Translations under genes and position numbers: made by a program
The notes under the pieces: generated by a model
Databases searched by the model: none
The model's input: the letters and a program-made list of their open reading frames with translations, nothing else
What the model was told of the DNA's origin: nothing
Shown here: in pieces, positions 27,478 to 32,129 of the stretch
How the letters are laid out: each line of letters begins with the position of its first letter
How positions within the stretch are numbered: position 1 is the stretch's first letter
Origin: a virus
Lineage: Duplodnaviria > Caudoviricetes
Length of the DNA stretch: 32,129 bases
IMG/VR virus record: IMGVR_UViG_3300008007_000006
Location: 1-32,129 of that record
Reading direction: 5' to 3' (one strand)

Positions 27478-28986
27478 TTAAACAACCTCTGTGGTTGTTA
27501 ATACACCGTTATCATCTATTGTTATTTCCCATGTTTTGGTAGGGCTGTCCATTATAAGTTTTCCGTTTTGGATGTATATGTTTCCTGAAACGTGTATTTT
27601 TTCTGTAGGAGTTATTACACCTAAACCTATGTTACCACTGTCTACAATATTGAATATTTCTGCATTTGTACTATCAGTAACATGCATTATTTTAGAATTT
27701 TCTCCAAGGTTATTGTCTAGTTGGAACAGTGAATAGCTGGAGTTTTTGCTGTTTACATCTTGTGTGAATTTGAACGCTCCTTCTGTAGACAAAAGTCCAA
27801 TGGTGCCAGCAGAATTAAAAGTATGACCACCACTATTAATATAACGACTCGCACTTCTTCCATCTAAAGAAACAGCCAAGGCCACCGTAGAAGCTCCTCT
27901 ACTTATTCTAATACCAGTGGTACCGGGTCCAGAGTTTATAATATCGATACCATATGTATTGGTTAAATTACCCCCATCTATTTTTAAAGCGCTTTGACCT
28001 GCTGTATTGTTTACAATATGCATTTTAGATGTAGGTGATGATATTCCAACACCCAATTTACCAAGTGGGTCGAATGTCATCAATTTTGTAGAATCCGAAT
28101 TTTGTATTTCTAATAAATTTGCTGTTTGAGATGGTAAGCCTTTTATAAACACACCGACCTTTCCAGTCCAATTGGGTGTGACGTTTAAAACACCATTAGT
28201 TAACAAATTATTACCGACATTGACTATAGGTGTTCTATTTTCGTGCCTCCAAATTTTTAAACCTTCTGCGTTTTGTACACTATAACTTAAAAAGCCTCCA
28301 CCAGAGTAGGTGGGGGTAAAAACAAATCCGGAATTAACAGAAAAATTGTTTGTACCGTCAAAAAAGTTACCGGTTAGAAACATGTTTGGGCTTTTGAGTG
28401 TAGATCCTGTATGGGATTGGGCAAAATTGACAGTAGCATCTTGATACAAATTAAACCTAACCTGATTCCCTTGTAAAAGAGTTTTATCAGGATTAAACTC
28501 GAATGACGTATTGTTTTGTACAAAGTTTCGTATTGCTAAAGTTCTTTTACCATCTAGTCTTCCAAAATCTGCTATTGGCGTGTCTGCTAGATTATCTTCA
28601 GAATAAACAGACAACTTTGATGGACTGTTTTGTGTTCCAATCTTAACACTTTCTACAAAACTCCAATTTCCTGTTATACTTTGGTTGCTATTAGGATCAA
28701 ATCCTGCATCATCTACCCAGTTAACATCGTAATCGGTTTCTGAAATTTTGCCTAAAATCTGACCCGCTGATCCCCCAGTAGGAATACCTATACCTTGTTC
28801 GCCTTGGGGACCTTGGGGGCCTATAGGACCGGGTTCACCTTGAGGCCCAATTGGACCCTTTTCACCAGTTAATTCTAGTGTAATGTCCTGATTGATAGAC
28901 TCGTCAGAAAGACAAATCTCTTCAGAAACACCACTTTCTTCTAATATTACTGTTATACTGTTACCCTCTTCCGTTAAAATAGACAT
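27478..28986 (-). CDS. Fibre protein with a collagen-like GXY segment and beta-rich trimeric fibre repeats
   Basis: GEKGPIGPQGEPGPIGPQGPQGEQG, GIPTGGSAGQILGK..DYDVNW, GKLGVGISSPTSKMHI and GNIGLGVITPTEKIHVSGNI; GAGG RBS supports ATG at 28986. Confidence 0.8.
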   Translation of the reverse strand: MSILTEEGNSITVILEESGVSEEICLSDESINQDITLELTGEKGPIGPQGEPGPIGPQGPQGEQGIGIPTGGSAGQILGKISETDYDVNWVDDAGFDPNSNQSITGNWSFVESVKIGTQNSPSKLSVYSEDNLADTPIADFGRLDGKRTLAIRNFVQNNTSFEFNPDKTLLQGNQVRFNLYQDATVNFAQSHTGSTLKSPNMFLTGNFFDGTNNFSVNSGFVFTPTYSGGGFLSYSVQNAEGLKIWRHENRTPIVNVGNNLLTNGVLNVTPNWTGKVGVFIKGLPSQTANLLEIQNSDSTKLMTFDPLGKLGVGISSPTSKMHIVNNTAGQSALKIDGGNLTNTYGIDIINSGPGTTGIRISRGASTVALAVSLDGRSASRYINSGGHTFNSAGTIGLLSTEGAFKFTQDVNSKNSSYSLFQLDNNLGENSKIMHVTDSTNAEIFNIVDSGNIGLGVITPTEKIHVSGNIYIQNGKLIMDSPTKTWEITIDDNGVLTTTEVV

Positions 28987-28988
28987 AA

Positions 28989-29351
28989 TCAATCCTCTTT
29001 TGTAACTTCTGGTAATATTTCTATATTTCCAACTAGTATCTTGAAAATGTTATCAATGTCTTCGATAACTTCTATGTCGTATACATATCCACCTTCTTTC
29101 ATTACTTGAGTATCTCGACTGCTTAGAAAAACAGTAAATTTACCTTCAAGAGCATCATCTATGGTAATGTCAAATTCTGTATAGTTGTTACCATCAAAAG
29201 TTTTTCTTATCTGGCCCTTTAGAGTAAGTCCGGTAAGATCTAAAGGAACAGGATCTGGTGATTCTGTGGTTTTTGTCTTAATAGAAAAAGATTTTGAAAA
29301 TCTATCACCTTGATAAATTTCTATATTAAGTTTTGCTGGTTTAGTACTCAT
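28989..29351 (-). CDS. Fibre-anchoring/baseplate-type adaptor (BppU N-terminal-like)
   Basis: NIEIYQGDRF, PLDLTGLTLKGQIRK, YVYDIEV..ILVGNIEILPEVT pattern, commonly adjacent to collagen fibres. Confidence 0.7.
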   Translation of the reverse strand: MSTKPAKLNIEIYQGDRFSKSFSIKTKTTESPDPVPLDLTGLTLKGQIRKTFDGNNYTEFDITIDDALEGKFTVFLSSRDTQVMKEGGYVYDIEVIEDIDNIFKILVGNIEILPEVTKED

Positions 29352-29470
29352 AAAACGTCCTTATAGTTATAGTTAACTTTCTTTGATACAAGAAAGTGAT
29401 AAAGCCTATGATTATTTATTAAAATACTTATAATGTTGACCAAAAACACGAGATATTTACTATTATGCTA

Positions 29471-30886
29471 TTATGTTTGTTTAAAGCCACCATTAGTATT
29501 AAGCTTTTCCCATATTGACAATTTTACTATCTCGTGTTTCTTATCGTTCTTTACCATTGACAAAATTTTAGTGTTAACCATTGGCATGTAAAACCCTGCT
29601 TTTGCTTTCTTTATTATGTTGTTGGCCTTTACTCTTTCTGTTGTATTGGACCATAATTTCTTTCTACCTGTTGACTTATTATTTCTTGCTTCAAATTCTA
29701 CTTCTATTTTGTTTAGCTTTACATTGTTAAAAGAGCTAGAAAGCTTGCAGTATAGTAATTCTGCGGTTTTTTGATCTACACAATGTATACTAACAGGGTC
29801 TTTCGATTTTCTATCTCTTAGAGAGCATCTCATTACAGCTTGGTAAAAAACGTTGGCCGATACTCTATTGTCTGCATAACCAACACCGTAGGTATCTTCT
29901 ACATATTTTCTGTATGTTGTTTCAAAGTTTGTTGTTTTGGTAATAACTACATTACTCACATGTTGATAGGTGTTCAGAGAATGAGAATTTACAGGCAATT
30001 CTGTCCAGTTGTGTTCAAACAAACCGTATGACTTGTTGTTCAACAATAAAGTATCTGTATCTCCCGATTTTCTCTTTATGGTTTCTACTATAGTGTTATA
30101 GTCGTTATTGTATTTTTCCTTGAAGTACCTACTATTGTTCTCTTCCATATAGAAAGAAATTGTGACTGGTCTATCAGAAGTTTCAGTTTCTATATTGTCT
30201 ACCTTAACCTTCGGGCAGTGTAAAACTACAAACTCATGTATGTCTGCATCTTCACCTAACAATATTGCGTCAGATGGGAAATATGTGTTAGATGGTTCTA
30301 TAGCACAACTGTAAGATACTATACCAGTATTAGAACTAGTGTCCTTCTTGACCAATTTCAATTTCAATTTTCCAGATTCTATTCTAAGCATCACATCTAA
30401 AATACCTGAAACATAGGTCTTAATATTAGAAGTAGAATTTCTTGAAAGCTTTTTCAACAAATTAAGGTTTTTTGGTAAAAGGTAGCCTTCATTATTTTCA
30501 AAATAAGTGTTGATGAGGTTTAATTCATTGCTGTCAACTAGAGTTATTCCTGATACTAAAGGCAATGGGTCGTCTACTACAACCTGATGTGTCAAATACC
30601 TATTTGGTGGTATTTGTTCGAACATCTGTATTGTACAAACCACAACGTTCTTGGTTTCATCTTTTAGGTATCTCTGTAAAGTCTCTTTTACATTTGCCCC
30701 ACAATGATCACTGTCTATTGCAATAACAGATTTTTCTGTGTGTTTTTGTATTAAATCATGTATTTCTTTTACTGCTGGTTTAGAGGGACATACGTAAAGA
30801 ACAGGTCTTTCGATAAACCCAAGTCTGTTTTTTATGAACGATGTAGTTTTTCCAGAACCACATGAACCCTTGATTATCTGTATCAT
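29471..30886 (-). CDS. SF2-like P-loop helicase / putative replication initiator with C-terminal shared domain
   Basis: Walker A GSCGSGKT, motif Ia LYVCPS, Walker-B-like VVVDD, motif VI-like YQAVMRCSLR; adjacent to the putative origin. Confidence 0.72.
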   Translation of the reverse strand: MIQIIKGSCGSGKTTSFIKNRLGFIERPVLYVCPSKPAVKEIHDLIQKHTEKSVIAIDSDHCGANVKETLQRYLKDETKNVVVCTIQMFEQIPPNRYLTHQVVVDDPLPLVSGITLVDSNELNLINTYFENNEGYLLPKNLNLLKKLSRNSTSNIKTYVSGILDVMLRIESGKLKLKLVKKDTSSNTGIVSYSCAIEPSNTYFPSDAILLGEDADIHEFVVLHCPKVKVDNIETETSDRPVTISFYMEENNSRYFKEKYNNDYNTIVETIKRKSGDTDTLLLNNKSYGLFEHNWTELPVNSHSLNTYQHVSNVVITKTTNFETTYRKYVEDTYGVGYADNRVSANVFYQAVMRCSLRDRKSKDPVSIHCVDQKTAELLYCKLSSSFNNVKLNKIEVEFEARNNKSTGRKKLWSNTTERVKANNIIKKAKAGFYMPMVNTKILSMVKNDKKHEIVKLSIWEKLNTNGGFKQT

Positions 30887-30952
30887 AACAATTTCCTTTT
30901 GGTTTTTTCAATTTAGTCTAGCAATCCCCACGATTACATTCGACTGCAATCT

Positions 30953-30960
30953 TATTTATA
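30953..30960 (-). promoter_or_regulatory. TATAAATA motif upstream of the helicase gene
   Basis: Minus strand GTATAAATAAGATT about 65 nt before the ATG. Confidence 0.6.
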
Positions 30961-30987
30961 CAAATTGACGAAAAGTAATATATAAAA

Positions 30988-31337
30988 TTTTACGGCATCT
31001 ATATTTTGATATTTGAGCAGTGGTCGCTTCGCTCCCTATTTGGTATAGCGACAATACCTGCGGTGCTATGGTTCTATATGTCGAAAGAAATAAAGAATCA
31101 ATTTTCCACTGAAGCGACAGCGAAGTGGAGTGACCGAAGGGAACCAGTTACTACATATTTGCTGGCTACGTATCCGGGTTTAAACCTCGTCTACTAAAGC
31201 CAGAGTGATCCGTCTCCAAGGAGCCGAATCACTTCTTTTTCTCTTTGTTTTTTGTTGCATGTAAAATTCTGTAAGTCATTGAAAATACTGGAAATATTAT
31301 TTTACGTTTTGATCTTAATAGTATAGATGCCGTAAAA
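30988..31337. other. Putative replication origin bracketed by 16-bp perfect inverted repeats
   Basis: TTTTACGGCATCTATA (30988-31003) / TATAGATGCCGTAAAA (31322-31337); internal CGCTTCGCT/GAAGCG motifs, hairpins and an IHF-like site at 31272-31284. Confidence 0.55.
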
Positions 31338-31352
31338 CCCCAATTTTGATAC

Positions 31353-31478
31353 AAAAAAAGCCCTACTTATGTAGGGCTTCGTTATACCAAAAGGCAACAT
31401 TCAAACGACTGTAGTCTCATAGGGCATGGGGTACCTCAACTACAGCTATTAAACGCAGGTCGAAAATTATCATTCAAC
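31353..31478 (-). ncRNA. Putative ~126-nt small RNA
   Basis: TATAAATA at 31484-31491 (-); 9-bp internal stem 31438-31446/31408-31416; terminator AAGCCCTAC-ATAA-GTAGGGCTT-T5; no RBS-led ORF. Confidence 0.6.
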
Positions 31479-31521
31479 ACTACTATTTATATCAATTTGA
31501 AATTAATAGAAAACTATTTGT

Positions 31522-31622
31522 AAAAAAAAAGCCCCGGATAAACCGGGGCGGATTTGCTTGGAGTTAATGTCTAAATGTCTATAGTAGTCTTTAGAAGACC
31601 GGCGTAGAACATTGCGTTCTAC
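31522..31622 (-). ncRNA. Putative ~101-nt small RNA
   Basis: TATAAATA at 31628-31635 (-); 5' hairpin GTAGAAC/GTTCTAC at the predicted +1; terminator GCCCCGG-TTTAT-CCGGGGC-T9. Confidence 0.65.
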
Positions 31623-31651
31623 ATTTCTATTTATACAGTTTGACAAAAAAC

Positions 31652-31680
31652 TTGACAAAAAACATTTTTTACTTTATACT
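31652..31680 (+). promoter_or_regulatory. Sigma70-type promoter TTGACA-N17-TATACT
   Basis: TTGACA 31652-31657 and TATACT 31675-31680; second TTGACA at 31640-31645; TATAAATA at 31684-31691. Confidence 0.8.
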
Positions 31681-31729
31681 TTATATAAATAGTAATGTAA
31701 ACAAACACACACAATAAAGGAGTTTAACA

Positions 31730-32101
31730 ATGAAAATAAAACATATTAGAAACACAATAGTTCCTCTGCTTACTATCGCTGTAATGGGCTGTGCCGGCGT
31801 TGATATGGAAAAGGCACCTGCGTATCAGGTTGAAGTTAAAAAGTCCGTACAAGAGCTTGTGGAGTGCTACAACAACCAATACGCTCTTCACCAGATGCAG
31901 AACAACGGTTTAAAAAGATTTGAAAGTTTTATTACTGCTAATACAGATTATGGTGTAATTATAAGGTTCCAATTACAGATAACAACCGGATTCATAAGAA
32001 TGTATGATCACGGGCATTCTACTGAAATAGAAATGATTCAACGCTGGGATTCAAATAAAGCAGTAAAGGTAGTAGTAGAAATGGTCAAAGATTGTCACTA
32101 A
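31730..32101 (+). CDS. Predicted lipoprotein (possible superinfection exclusion)
   Basis: MKIKHIR basic N-region, hydrophobic core, lipobox-like AVMG-C; AAGGAG RBS. Confidence 0.7.
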   Translation: MKIKHIRNTIVPLLTIAVMGCAGVDMEKAPAYQVEVKKSVQELVECYNNQYALHQMQNNGLKRFESFITANTDYGVIIRFQLQITTGFIRMYDHGHSTEIEMIQRWDSNKAVKVVVEMVKDCH

Positions 32102-32129
32102 AAACTAAAAAATATTTTACGTTTTATAT
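32102..32129. repeat. 28-bp terminal direct repeat, copy 2
   Basis: Identical to 1-28. Confidence 0.9.

Noticed and set aside
4029-30031. Many plus-strand ORFs of 60-170 aa opposite the structural genes
   Set aside because: Antisense shadows of long minus-strand genes with no RBS or recognisable motifs.
31006-31197. 63-aa plus-strand ORF
   Set aside because: TTG start with no RBS, lying within the inverted-repeat-bounded origin-like region.
31417-31473. 18-aa peptide MIIFDLRLIAVVEVPHAL as a type I toxin
   Set aside because: No RBS, charged residues interrupt the hydrophobic stretch, and no antisense partner promoter was seen.
30887-31729. CRISPR array or tRNA in the large non-coding region
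   Set aside because: No regularly spaced direct repeats and no cloverleaf or T-loop signature seen.

Overview
The window looks like a complete, circularly assembled ~32.1 kb AT-rich siphovirus-type phage genome (28-bp overlap between 1-28 and 32102-32129). About 29 kb of the minus strand carries, in order, an SF2-like helicase/Rep, a displaced collagen-fibre module, TerS/TerL, portal, scaffold, major capsid, neck, tail tube, frameshifted chaperones, tape measure, a lambda-like M-L-K-I-J tail tip, a beta-helix + CE4-deacetylase tail spike and a Pro/Thr-linker protein. A short plus-strand block encodes a lipoprotein, two proteins built from a domain also found on the helicase, an Hfq-like protein and a membrane protein. 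I could not recognise an integrase, repressor, DNA polymerase, primase, endolysin or clear sigma factor. Two unusual layers stand out. (1) Nearly every transcription unit, including the helicase gene, is preceded in the correct orientation by the T4-type late promoter TATAAATA or a NNTAAATA variant (once as TATAAATACTATT), while I found only one canonical sigma70 promoter. This suggests a virophage-like phage with its own virion that may depend on the gp55 late transcription machinery of a T4-like helper. (2) There is a phage-encoded Hfq-like protein plus three promoter-to-terminator small non-coding cassettes. One has a UA(UG)9 seed complementary to CA-rich leaders or start codons of at least seven of the phage's own genes, resembling GcvB logic. 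All motif counts are by eye and all functional interpretations are hypotheses.
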